DNA of 33,695 nucleotides from an uncultured Methanosarcinales archaeon (GTDB lineage Archaea; Nanobdellota; Nanobdellia; Woesearchaeales; JAGLXL01): NCBI GenBank assembly GCA_964372795.1, contig CAYJSO010000001.1, positions 2,993 to 36,687 of the forward strand, read 5' to 3'. Shown piece by piece: positions 25,403 to 33,648 of this stretch (position 1 is its first letter; each line of letters starts with the position of its first letter). The notes under the pieces were generated by a model. It saw only the letters and a program-made list of their open reading frames with translations, ran no database searches and was not told where the DNA came from. The position numbers and the translations under genes were made by a program.

Positions 25403-27122
25403 TGTCCCACATATGCTGGGGATTATCCTCCCTTTTTATCAAAAATCTGCCCATTACAAGCGCATCAATCCCGGTTCCCATCATGCAGCGATAAGCATGC
25501 TCCGGCGTGCAGACAATCGGCTCCCCCCTTACATTAAATGAAGTATTAATCAGTATTGGAACTCCGCTAAGCTTCTCAAACTCCCTTATTAGCTCATAAT
25601 ACAAAGGATTCTGCGCTCTTCTTATAGTTTGCAACCTTCCAGAGCCATCAACATGCACAACCGCAGGAATCAGCTTTTTCTTTTCCTCTCTAACAGGATA
25701 AACCATAAGCATAAAATCAGCTGCTAACGGCACAGGCAAATCGCACTCAAAATATTCATTTGCATCCTCAACCGGCACAACAGGCGCAAATGGCCTGAAT
25801 GGCTCGCGATGCTTAACCTTTAAATTTAAAATATCTTTAATCTTTGGATCGCATGGATTAGACAATATACTGCGAGCTCCAAGTGCTCTAGGCCCCCATT
25901 CCATTCTCCCTTGCAGCCATCCAACAATCTTGCTGTCAAAAATAATCTTAGCTGTCTTGGCAAGCAGTTCATTCGCATCCTTAAACTCAGTATACTTAAC
26001 TCCATTTTCATCCAAATATTTCTTAATTTGTTCAGCATTAAACTTTGGCCCCCAGTAAGCATGCTCCATTACAAAACCCCTTGGCTTGCCCAAAACAGTA
26101 TTATACGCTAAGAACGCAGCCCCTAAACTGCTTCCAGCATCGCTCGCAGCAGCCTGTATGTAAATATGTTTGAACTTGGTATTCCTTAAAATCTTTCCAT
26201 TAGCAACGCTGTTCAGCGCAACCCCTCCGGCCATGCAAAGCTTGTCCATCTTCGTTTCATCATGCAGATAATTCAGCATCTTAAACAGCGCATACTCAAG
26301 CACTCTCTGAACAGATGCAGCCAGGTCTTTATGATGCTGATTTACCTCTCCATTTTCTTTCCGCACATCTCCAAACTTATTCAAAAACTTCTTGCCTGGC
26401 ATATGCATCGCATGATGAAAATCAAAGTAGCTCATGTCTAACCTGTAACTTCCATCATCCTTAACATCAATTATCTGCAGGAAATCATCAAAATACTTCG
26501 GCTTTCCCAATGCAGCAAGCCCCATAACTTTATACTCAGAATTATTCACGCTAAACCCTAAATGCGCAGTTACCGTACTATACAGCAGCCCAAGCGAATG
26601 TGGAAAATCAATTTGCTTCAAAACTTCAATTTTATTTCCCTTTCCAGCACTCATCTCAGTTGTTGCCCACTCTCCAACCCCATCAAGCGTCAATATAGCA
26701 GCTTCTTTAAACGGAGAAACTAAAAAAGCGCTTGCGGCATGCGACAGATGATGCTCAGAATAAACTATTGGCCCTTTATACTTCAGCTTCTTCTTCAGCA
26801 TAGCTTTTACCCTCAGCTTCTCATTTATCCATGCAGGCGTAGAGTGCAAAAACATCCTCCAAGATTTAGGAAATTCCTGCAAATGCTGCGACATTAACCT
26901 CTCAAACTTTAAAATCGGCTTGTCATAGAAAGCGGCATAATTCAGCTGCTTAGCATCAATTCCAGCTTCTTCCAAACAGTATTTAGCAGCATTCACAGGA
27001 AAGCTGCTGTCATGCTTCTTTCTTGTAAACCTCTCTTCCTCAGCCGCAGCAACAAGCTTTCCTTCTTTTACCAAAGCTGCAGCCGCATCATGATAATAGC
27101 ACGATATTCCCAATATATTCAT
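25380..27122 (-). CDS. carbamoyltransferase, NodU/CmcH/SxtI family
   Basis: MNILGISCYYHDAAAALVKEGKLVAAAEEERFTRKKHD is the family's N-terminal signature, followed by the YrdC/Kae1-like core. GGVALN is present and the 580-aa size fits. Confidence 0.92.
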   Translation of the reverse strand: MNILGISCYYHDAAAALVKEGKLVAAAEEERFTRKKHDSSFPVNAAKYCLEEAGIDAKQLNYAAFYDKPILKFERLMSQHLQEFPKSWRMFLHSTPAWINEKLRVKAMLKKKLKYKGPIVYSEHHLSHAASAFLVSPFKEAAILTLDGVGEWATTEMSAGKGNKIEVLKQIDFPHSLGLLYSTVTAHLGFSVNNSEYKVMGLAALGKPKYFDDFLQIIDVKDDGSYRLDMSYFDFHHAMHMPGKKFLNKFGDVRKENGEVNQHHKDLAASVQRVLEYALFKMLNYLHDETKMDKLCMAGGVALNSVANGKILRNTKFKHIYIQAAASDAGSSLGAAFLAYNTVLGKPRGFVMEHAYWGPKFNAEQIKKYLDENGVKYTEFKDANELLAKTAKIIFDSKIVGWLQGRMEWGPRALGARSILSNPCDPKIKDILNLKVKHREPFRPFAPVVPVEDANEYFECDLPVPLAADFMLMVYPVREEKKKLIPAVVHVDGSGRLQTIRRAQNPLYYELIREFEKLSGVPILINTSFNVRGEPIVCTPEHAYRCMMGTGIDALVMGRFLIKREDNPQHMWDSEKYAKD

Positions 27123-27165
27123 TTTGCCTCCTTAAAGCACATAAAGCACACTTATTAAAATATGA

Positions 27166-27408
27166 TCAAAACATCTTAAAGTAATCTTCATGCTTCATTT
27201 GCTCTTTTCTATTGCTCCAATAGCTCTTTGCACTCTTATCCAACTTTAACTCTAAAAAACGCTTCCCTGCCGCTTTCATTCCAATAGACGTTAACCCAAC
27301 GCCCAAAACATAAACAATTGTAAGCAGAACAAAATTAACTACATAAGCAACACAATGTCCAAACTTCCTAAACCCGTCCAAAAATCCATTAAAAAGCTCT
27401 TTTGTCAT
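27166..27408 (-). CDS. small membrane protein resembling the C-terminal half of SxtJ
   Basis: FRKFGHCVAYVVNFVLLTIVYVLGVGLTSIGMKAAGKRFLELKLDKSAKSYWSNRKE parallels the SxtJ pattern as I recall it (kFG...i.N.i....F..v.P.g...r..GkD.L.lk.d....sYW..Re). Confidence 0.6.
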   Translation of the reverse strand: MTKELFNGFLDGFRKFGHCVAYVVNFVLLTIVYVLGVGLTSIGMKAAGKRFLELKLDKSAKSYWSNRKEQMKHEDYFKMF

Positions 27409-27421
27409 TTTATCCCATATT

Positions 27422-27661
27422 TTACTCAGTTATCGAAATTGGTTTTTTCCTGTTCACAAAATAATCCAATACTAAAGCAGCAAATAAAACTATAACAAAA
27501 ACATAAACGTAATTAACCAAACTAAACGAAATAGCCCCTCTAGACAAAATAAAAAACAAAATAAAAGCAAACAGTAAAACGCCTACTAAAAACCCAATAA
27601 TATTTCCAGTCTCATAATACACGCCCTTTTCCGCCTGCTTCTCAAAAAAACTCTCGCTCAT
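27422..27661 (-). CDS. small 2-TM membrane protein (possible N-terminal half of a split SxtJ)
   Basis: 79 aa with two clear hydrophobic helices. GGAGG lies 5-9 nt upstream of its ATG. It is 13 nt from the next gene and first in the minus-strand unit. Confidence 0.5.
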   Translation of the reverse strand: MSESFFEKQAEKGVYYETGNIIGFLVGVLLFAFILFFILSRGAISFSLVNYVYVFVIVLFAALVLDYFVNRKKPISITE

Positions 27662-27716
27662 ACAGCCTCCATTTTCGCTATCTATTTATATAATTTACCC
27701 GATATCTACCAATTTA

Positions 27717-27869
27717 GTTGAAAATATCGTCTGCGCCAATAATATGTGAACGAGCTTGTCCTATTGTAAAATGGTTAGAGGAAGTCTTTTTAATCGAATA
27801 AATCAACGTTAAACAAATATAAATAAAACAAATAAAAAGACCGAGTGAACAGGCGCAGATATTTTCAAC
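27717..27869. repeat. long-range inverted repeat (18 bp with a 3-nt bulge) enclosing ~114 nt in the divergent intergenic region
   Basis: 27717-27737 (gttgaaaatatcgtctgcgcc) pairs with 27852-27869 (ggcgcagatattttcaac) as 12 bp, a gtc bulge, then 6 bp. Verified base by base. Confidence 0.6.
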
Positions 27870-27892
27870 AAAGCCACATATTTTACCATAAC

Positions 27893-27901
27893 TTTTATAT
27901 A
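27893..27901 (+). promoter_or_regulatory. candidate TATA box for the large GT-C/flippase unit
   Basis: ttttatata centred ~27 nt upstream of ATG 27924, with no SD. Confidence 0.4.
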
Positions 27902-27923
27902 CCCTTATCATTAAAACCGACTG

Positions 27924-30263
27924 ATGAGTTTCATAACCATATTGCTTTTCTTTGTATACACTTGGGGGCTTGGATTTAGCTTAACTAAGTGGATTAAAAA
28001 CAGTGAAAACTTTCTTGAAAGAAATATTATGCGCATAGGCATCGGCTTAGCTGCATTTGTTTTATTGGGGGTTTTATTCAACTTATTCAAAATCCCAATT
28101 GACTGGAAATGGTTCCTTTTAGCTTCAATCATAATTCCCCTACTTTCCTTAATTTTATTTATAAAAAAACTGATAAAAAAAGAACAAACACTTACATTCC
28201 CAAAGCCACAGCTAACAAAATCAAACCTATATATAATACTCGTCCTAATTATCTTCTCACTGACTTTATTTATGTATACAAAAGGCGCATTCAGCTACCC
28301 TTACCTTGAAGATGATGATCCCTGGGGACACGCTGAGGGCACAAAGTACGTTGCAGTTGAAAAAACAATTGAAACTGACGTTGAATCACTGGAAGAACGC
28401 TTCAAAGGCGTTCGTTTCTTTGGCTATCTTGATCCCTATCCTCCCGGCTATGACATGCTCCTTGGAGTTTTGCATCAAACTGCACCCTCTTTAAACTGGA
28501 CATTAAAATTCTTCAACGCATTATTTATCTCACTGGGAATTGTATTCTTCTACTTCTTCGTAAAACATCTCACAAACAACTCAAAAAAAGCCTTATTCTC
28601 AACTTTTGTTTTGGCAGCAATTCCCGCTTACTTCACTCATTTTATCTGGGCTCACTCGCTTGTTGTTCCCGTATTTTTCGTAGTAATGTACTGCCTGGAG
28701 CAGTTTAAAGAAGACAAAAAATGGGCTTACGCAGCTGCAGTCGTATTTGCAGCCATGCTTTTAATCCAGCCATCAAAAATCTTTAAGCTAGTTCCTATGG
28801 TTGCCCTTTATTTAATAATAAAATGGCTCTTAGAAAGAAAATTTCCAACTTATCAAGTTCTTTCAATAATCTCAGGAATCATCCTATCCTTAGCATGGTG
28901 GTTCGAAAAAGCAAAAAACATGCTAACCATTAAAGTAGCAGCGAGGATAGAAGGCACAGCAGCTGAAGTTGCACAAAGCACAGGTATTCTTGATTTAATT
29001 AAAACAACATTAGGAAGGCTGCCGGAGATTTTCCCTCCAGAAGGCGGCAGCGCAACAAGAGCATATAATTTTAATGATTTCTTCTACGCACAATCGCAAG
29101 GCTTAATCAACACTTCAGTCGGAATTGGAATTTTCGTCTATCTGCTTTTATTCATAACAACAGTTTTCTTGCTATGGTACTTCTACAAGCACACAAAGCT
29201 TAAACAAAACGAGTTATCAAAACCATGGCTTTACGTTATCCATGCATTAATATCATTAAACGCAGTTGTAGCATTCATACTTGCAATACGTTACCTAACC
29301 CTAATATTCGGCAGCTTCTCATTTTTACTCTCACTCAAACTGGAGCTAATTCAATTCATACTTCTATTTTCACTTTCCTTAATAGTCTATTTCAAAAACA
29401 TCCCCCCACAAGAAACTGGCTGGCACGCAATCGCATTATCCTGGCTCGTATTCACTTTCTTATTCGTAAACTCAGAAACCTTTAACTTGCCAATAGGCTT
29501 GTGGGCATTCCGCATCTGGACTTTATTTGCAATCGCAGCCGCAATTTTAGTAAGTGAAGGGCTCTGGTTTTTATTGGAAAAAAATGATAAAGTTTACACA
29601 TGGATTATACTTGGAGTTATACTAGCAATAGCAGAAAAAGAAGCAATAGCCAATGGTTTCCTAACCCCAAAAAGCTTAACCCTTGCATTGTTAATAGTAG
29701 TTGTACTAATAAATTTAGTGACACACGCTCTAAAGATATCAATAAAAAATGAAGAGTACAACAAAATCGTAGGAACAATCTCTATATTGGTTACCATAAT
29801 AATAGGTATAACAGCAACCTCAGCTTACCAAAAATACAGCATCAACACATCTCTATGGGGAGCAGGCGGCTCATGGCAAGGCGGCTCTGACGAGATCGAC
29901 GCATATAATTGGCTGAAAACTAATCTGCCAGCTAACACAAAAGTCTTTCCTTATTCCGGCAGAGATCAAAACATGATGGGCTTTGACATGTTCAGCTGCA
30001 AATGGTGTCCAGAAGTAAATGAATACAGAAAAACAACTCTTGACCACAACGCCGAAGAGCTGCACAAATTTCTCAAATCACAGGGCTACGAGTACATTAT
30101 AATAGACGCAATGTCATATAAATATGTAAAGCGTTATGGCGGCTACAACGACACTGTAATACAGGAACAATTGCCAAAACGCTTTGACGAAATAGCAAAA
30201 GCTCCAAATTTATTCAAACCAGTATATCAAACAAGAGCAGCTGCAATATTTAAAATAACATGA
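27924..30263 (+). CDS. large polytopic GT-C-like membrane protein (STT3/AglB-like layout, non-canonical)
   Basis: 779 aa with more than 13 TM helices. The first external loop has YPYLEDDDPWGHAEG, an acidic motif as in GT-C enzymes. A C-terminal ~150-aa soluble domain begins DEIDAYNWLKTNLPANTKVF. No WWDYG motif was found. Confidence 0.6.
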   Translation: MSFITILLFFVYTWGLGFSLTKWIKNSENFLERNIMRIGIGLAAFVLLGVLFNLFKIPIDWKWFLLASIIIPLLSLILFIKKLIKKEQTLTFPKPQLTKSNLYIILVLIIFSLTLFMYTKGAFSYPYLEDDDPWGHAEGTKYVAVEKTIETDVESLEERFKGVRFFGYLDPYPPGYDMLLGVLHQTAPSLNWTLKFFNALFISLGIVFFYFFVKHLTNNSKKALFSTFVLAAIPAYFTHFIWAHSLVVPVFFVVMYCLEQFKEDKKWAYAAAVVFAAMLLIQPSKIFKLVPMVALYLIIKWLLERKFPTYQVLSIISGIILSLAWWFEKAKNMLTIKVAARIEGTAAEVAQSTGILDLIKTTLGRLPEIFPPEGGSATRAYNFNDFFYAQSQGLINTSVGIGIFVYLLLFITTVFLLWYFYKHTKLKQNELSKPWLYVIHALISLNAVVAFILAIRYLTLIFGSFSFLLSLKLELIQFILLFSLSLIVYFKNIPPQETGWHAIALSWLVFTFLFVNSETFNLPIGLWAFRIWTLFAIAAAILVSEGLWFLLEKNDKVYTWIILGVILAIAEKEAIANGFLTPKSLTLALLIVVVLINLVTHALKISIKNEEYNKIVGTISILVTIIIGITATSAYQKYSINTSLWGAGGSWQGGSDEIDAYNWLKTNLPANTKVFPYSGRDQNMMGFDMFSCKWCPEVNEYRKTTLDHNAEELHKFLKSQGYEYIIIDAMSYKYVKRYGGYNDTVIQEQLPKRFDEIAKAPNLFKPVYQTRAAAIFKIT

Positions 30264-31771
30264 GCTACGCAAGAAAAGCAGTGCGCGGAATTGGAATAAT
30301 CTTTTTAATGAACATTTTCGCTTACTTTATAGCATATTTAACCCGCCTTATTCTAGCAAGAAAACTCGGCCCGGCTGACTACGGCTTGTTCTACGCAGTC
30401 TTTACATTTGTAATTTTCTTTTTGTTCTTCCGCGACCTTGGATTAAACCCGGCACTGACAAAATACATCTCGGAATTTAAAATAAAAAATAAATTCAGTG
30501 AAATAAAAACAGCAGTCTTTTCAGTTTTACTATCACAAATAACAAGCTCAATTATCTTTGCAGTACTTTTCTTTATCCTAGCTCCATTCCTAGCAGCTTA
30601 CTACTTCAAAAATCCAGCAGCAGAACTAATTCTAAAAATAATGATCGGCTACACCATATTCAGCATCTCTTTCACTTTTCTAAAAGCATTTTTCTCGGGT
30701 TTTCAAAAGTTCAGGATATATGCTTTCATCGATACAGCAAAAAACTCAATCGTCTTAATCCTAATATTAATTTTCTTCTCAATAAACCTTAAAATTCTAT
30801 CTCCAGTTCTAGCATTCCTATTAGTCGGCCCAATATTAATACTAATTTTCCTTCCTTTCATAATAAAAACATTCAACATATTCAAATACAAAACAAAGAA
30901 TTTCTCTTCAATAACAAAAATGCTCTTTGCCTTTGGCTTGCCTGTTATAATGACGGACATCGGCGATAAAGTAATTAGCTACATCGACACTTTAATGCTT
31001 ACTAGCTTTAGAACTTTAGAAGAAGTTGGAATTTATAATGTTGCTTTGCCTACAGCAATGGCTTTCCTTTTCTTAGGAACATCAGTCTCATCTGTTGTAT
31101 TTCCATTATTTGCAGAGTTATGGGCAAAAAAAGACAAGAAACGCTTGTCGCTCGGCTTAAATATGCTGCACAAATACACATTTGCTTTAACAGCTCCAAT
31201 CATCTTTACAGTATTTGCCTTCTCTGACTTGCTTATCAAATTATTCTTCAGCGAAGACTACATGGCAGCAGCTTTGCCTCTGCAGATACTTCTGGTTGGC
31301 GTCTTCTTATTCATAGTTGCAATGATAAACCACAGCATAATCTCAGCAATAGGCAGGCCAAAAACAGTTACAAAAATAATTTTCCTTGCAGCAGTAACAA
31401 ACGCAATACTAAATCTTATATTAATTCCAAAATTCGGCATTTCAGGCGCAGCTTCCGCAACAACAATAAGCTACGCTCTTGCTCTAATATTATCAACTTA
31501 CAAAGTAAATTCCTTCATAAAAGCAAAATTGCAAGCATCAACTTGGATAAAAACGATAATTGCAGCAGTTCTATTCGTCTCAATCATATTCGGATTAAAA
31601 ACATTGCTTCAATTAAATCCAGTAGCTGAATTAATACTAACAACACTGATCGCATTAATAATCTACACAGCAGCACTTTTCATCCTTAAACTAATAAATT
31701 TAAATGAAATAAAACACTACATTAGCTTGATTCTCGCTAAAAAAGACGTAACTATTAAAAATAGTGATTAA
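30260..31771 (+). CDS. Wzx-type oligosaccharide flippase (MOP superfamily, polysaccharide biosynthesis protein)
   Basis: About 14 TM helices. The N-terminal LTRLILARKLGPADYGLFYAV is typical of Wzx-like proteins. It shares an ATGA overlap with the preceding gene. Confidence 0.8.
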   Translation: MSYARKAVRGIGIIFLMNIFAYFIAYLTRLILARKLGPADYGLFYAVFTFVIFFLFFRDLGLNPALTKYISEFKIKNKFSEIKTAVFSVLLSQITSSIIFAVLFFILAPFLAAYYFKNPAAELILKIMIGYTIFSISFTFLKAFFSGFQKFRIYAFIDTAKNSIVLILILIFFSINLKILSPVLAFLLVGPILILIFLPFIIKTFNIFKYKTKNFSSITKMLFAFGLPVIMTDIGDKVISYIDTLMLTSFRTLEEVGIYNVALPTAMAFLFLGTSVSSVVFPLFAELWAKKDKKRLSLGLNMLHKYTFALTAPIIFTVFAFSDLLIKLFFSEDYMAAALPLQILLVGVFLFIVAMINHSIISAIGRPKTVTKIIFLAAVTNAILNLILIPKFGISGAASATTISYALALILSTYKVNSFIKAKLQASTWIKTIIAAVLFVSIIFGLKTLLQLNPVAELILTTLIALIIYTAALFILKLINLNEIKHYISLILAKKDVTIKNSD

Positions 31772-31774
31772 AAA

Positions 31775-32335
31775 TTATTTAAATTCCTCTACAAAGGCTC
31801 TTTCATTAGTTTTATACACTTTAACATCAAACTCTTTTGAATCAGGATCAGGAAGCACTGGAAGATTATTTATATTCTTTACTTCAGAGCCACGTCTAGA
31901 TTTTAATACTTCCTTTATCTGCGCAAAACTTTTTCCCTTCTTGATATATTCTGAAATAAACTCGCCATCGCCAGAATCTGGCGCATAAAAGATAAACTTG
32001 GACTTAAAAAAGGAAGCCAGCTCTCTGCATCTCGCAATAACATTTTCACGCACTTTAGGATTACAGACAAATTGATGCCACCTAAATCCGGTCCAAAATC
32101 TTATATATTTTAGAGCATTATGAAAAATTAAATTATAGTGCTCAAAACAACGCGGGTAATTCCCCTCTATTTTATACTCTGGATACTTATGCCTTACAAG
32201 CTTCACAGGAGACCTGCTCCCAGCAACTTTAAAATATTTAAGTCTTCCATTACCTAACTCACTGTAAAACCTATCAACAGTATTCAAATCGCCATCAAAA
32301 TCCATATAAGCTTCAAAATCAACCCCCATGAACAT
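31775..32335 (-). CDS. hypothetical soluble protein, no recognisable family
   Basis: The ORF track gives 31775..32404, but the first 23 codons translate AT-rich promoter-like sequence. ATG 32335 (MFMGVDFEAY...) has a TATA-like gcgtataattta ~25 nt upstream. The protein is rich in aromatic and His residues and has no TM. Confidence 0.55.
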   Translation of the reverse strand: MFMGVDFEAYMDFDGDLNTVDRFYSELGNGRLKYFKVAGSRSPVKLVRHKYPEYKIEGNYPRCFEHYNLIFHNALKYIRFWTGFRWHQFVCNPKVRENVIARCRELASFFKSKFIFYAPDSGDGEFISEYIKKGKSFAQIKEVLKSRRGSEVKNINNLPVLPDPDSKEFDVKVYKTNERAFVEEFK

Positions 32336-32421
32336 AAAATAGGATAAGCCCCTTAATAAATTATACGCAAACCTAATAGATAAATTTAAAAAGCAGCTAA
32401 CCACACAAAAACATTAACAAA

Positions 32422-33144
32422 ATGACAAACCCAGAACTCTCAATTGTAATCTCAGGCTACAACGAAGAGAAATACGTAGAAACAGTCCTGATAGGAGTAT
32501 TAAAATTCTTAACAGAAAATAAGATAGATGGAGAAGTCATCTTCCTAAACAACCACAGCACAGACAAAACAGGAGAAATAGCAGACAAAGTTGCAAAAAC
32601 AGATAAAAGATTAAAAGTTATCCACCGCTACAACAGGGAAAGCAAAGATCTAGGCAGCTCGCTAAGAGAAGGCTTAGCAAACGCAACCGGCAACTACATT
32701 TTAATAATGGACTGCGACACTTCGCATGATTACAATGAAATCAATCGCTTGTACAGCAGGCGTAATGAAGCAGACATTATAATCGGCTCTCGTTATGTCT
32801 CAGGCGGCAGAGCTGAGTTAAATCCAAAAAGATGGCTTTTCAGCACTGGCTATAACTTATTTGCACAATTATTAACAGGCGTAAACGTAAAAGATATGAC
32901 AACCGGCTTCAAGCTATACAACAGAAAAGTGTTTAATGGCTTGCACCTAACAAACAACGGCTTTGGCCTGCATGTTGAGATATTGCTGAAAGCAGCATCC
33001 AAAGGCTTCACATACAAAGAAGTCCCAATCACCTACAGAAAAACAGGCAAATCGCATTTGAACTACAGAAAACAGTTCCCTTCTTACATGAGGCCTGTGT
33101 TAGAGATGTTTAAGGCGAGAATTTTAGGAAAGAAATACCTATAA
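32422..33144 (+). CDS. GT2 glycosyltransferase (DPM1-like)
   Basis: LSIVISGYNEEKYV, LNNHSTDKT, ILIMDCDTSHD (DxD) and IIGSRY. Confidence 0.85.
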   Translation: MTNPELSIVISGYNEEKYVETVLIGVLKFLTENKIDGEVIFLNNHSTDKTGEIADKVAKTDKRLKVIHRYNRESKDLGSSLREGLANATGNYILIMDCDTSHDYNEINRLYSRRNEADIIIGSRYVSGGRAELNPKRWLFSTGYNLFAQLLTGVNVKDMTTGFKLYNRKVFNGLHLTNNGFGLHVEILLKAASKGFTYKEVPITYRKTGKSHLNYRKQFPSYMRPVLEMFKARILGKKYL

Positions 33145-33186
33145 ACCAAGAAAAAATTAATATATAAGGTAAAATCAAACTATTTA

Positions 33187-33579
33187 ATGGCACTTATACA
33201 GACTCTGGATTCCCTCACACCCTACCTAACAATAATTTCTATTGCTTTAGTTGTGCATGTATACCAAGCGATTGTCCTTATGTCTCTAGCTAACAAACTT
33301 AAATACAGTAAACCTTGGCTCGCATGGATTCCAATTATTAATTTATTCATGATACCCCCTCTAGCTGATTATCACTGGGCTTTCGGATTTTTATTGCTTG
33401 TGCCTTTCGTTAACGTTGCATACAGCTGCTATTTTCTATGGAAGATATATGAAAAAAGAAACTATCCTGGCTGGCTCAGCTTAGTTCTGATAGGAGCATT
33501 TATACCATTTATTAATATTTTAGCAGGAATAGCTCAGGCAATAATAATAGGTATTGTAGCCTTCGTAGACAGAAAATAA
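33187..33579 (+). CDS. small polytopic membrane protein, DUF5684-like
   Basis: KPWLAWIPIINLFMIPPLADYHWAFGFLLLVPFVNV resembles the W.a.IPi.N...l......WW..l.liP.vn pattern I associate with DUF5684. A TATA-like aattaatatataagg lies ~25 nt upstream. Confidence 0.55.
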   Translation: MALIQTLDSLTPYLTIISIALVVHVYQAIVLMSLANKLKYSKPWLAWIPIINLFMIPPLADYHWAFGFLLLVPFVNVAYSCYFLWKIYEKRNYPGWLSLVLIGAFIPFINILAGIAQAIIIGIVAFVDRK

Positions 33580-33582
33580 AAC

Positions 33583-33648
33583 ACTTCTTACATGAAGTCT
33601 GTCATCGAGACGCTTAAGGCGAGAGTGATGGGAAGGAGGTATATATAA
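33583..33648 (+). pseudogene. relic 3' end of a second GT2 paralogue
   Basis: It translates to TSYMKSVIETLKARVMGRRYI*, collinear with the C-terminus of the intact GT2 at 33079-33144 (PSYMRPVLEMFKARILGKKYL*). By hand count, 41 of the last 57 nt are identical, plus a shared cttcttac just upstream. No upstream GT2 body is present. Confidence 0.5.

Noticed and set aside
27714..28132. Two minus-strand ORFs (27714..27911, 65 aa; 27911..28132, 73 aa) in and next to the divergent intergenic region.
   Set aside because: The 73-aa ORF is antisense to the well-supported GT-C gene. The 65-aa ORF is Cys-rich, runs over the TATA box of the plus-strand gene and spans the inverted repeat. I found no start-context or family support, so it is left uncalled, though it is not strictly excluded.
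27924..30263. Considered calling this gene aglB (archaeal oligosaccharyltransferase).
   Set aside because: I found no WWDYG motif and no recognisable DK/MI motif by eye. Only the overall topology and an acidic first loop agree, and these are shared by many GT-C families.
416..33032. The many 60-145-aa ORFs nested antisense or out of frame inside larger genes. Examples are 416..673, 886..1145, 1962..2471, 5603..6223, 8350..8659, 9807..10491, 10963..11274, 12053..12949, 16410..17601, 24917..25312, 25826..26111, 28109..28494, 29225..30065, 30703..31440, 31764..31988 and 32850..33032.
   Set aside because: Each is fully overlapped by a longer ORF with clear family motifs. Their translations are low-complexity or Cys/Phe/Leu-rich and have no recognisable domains.
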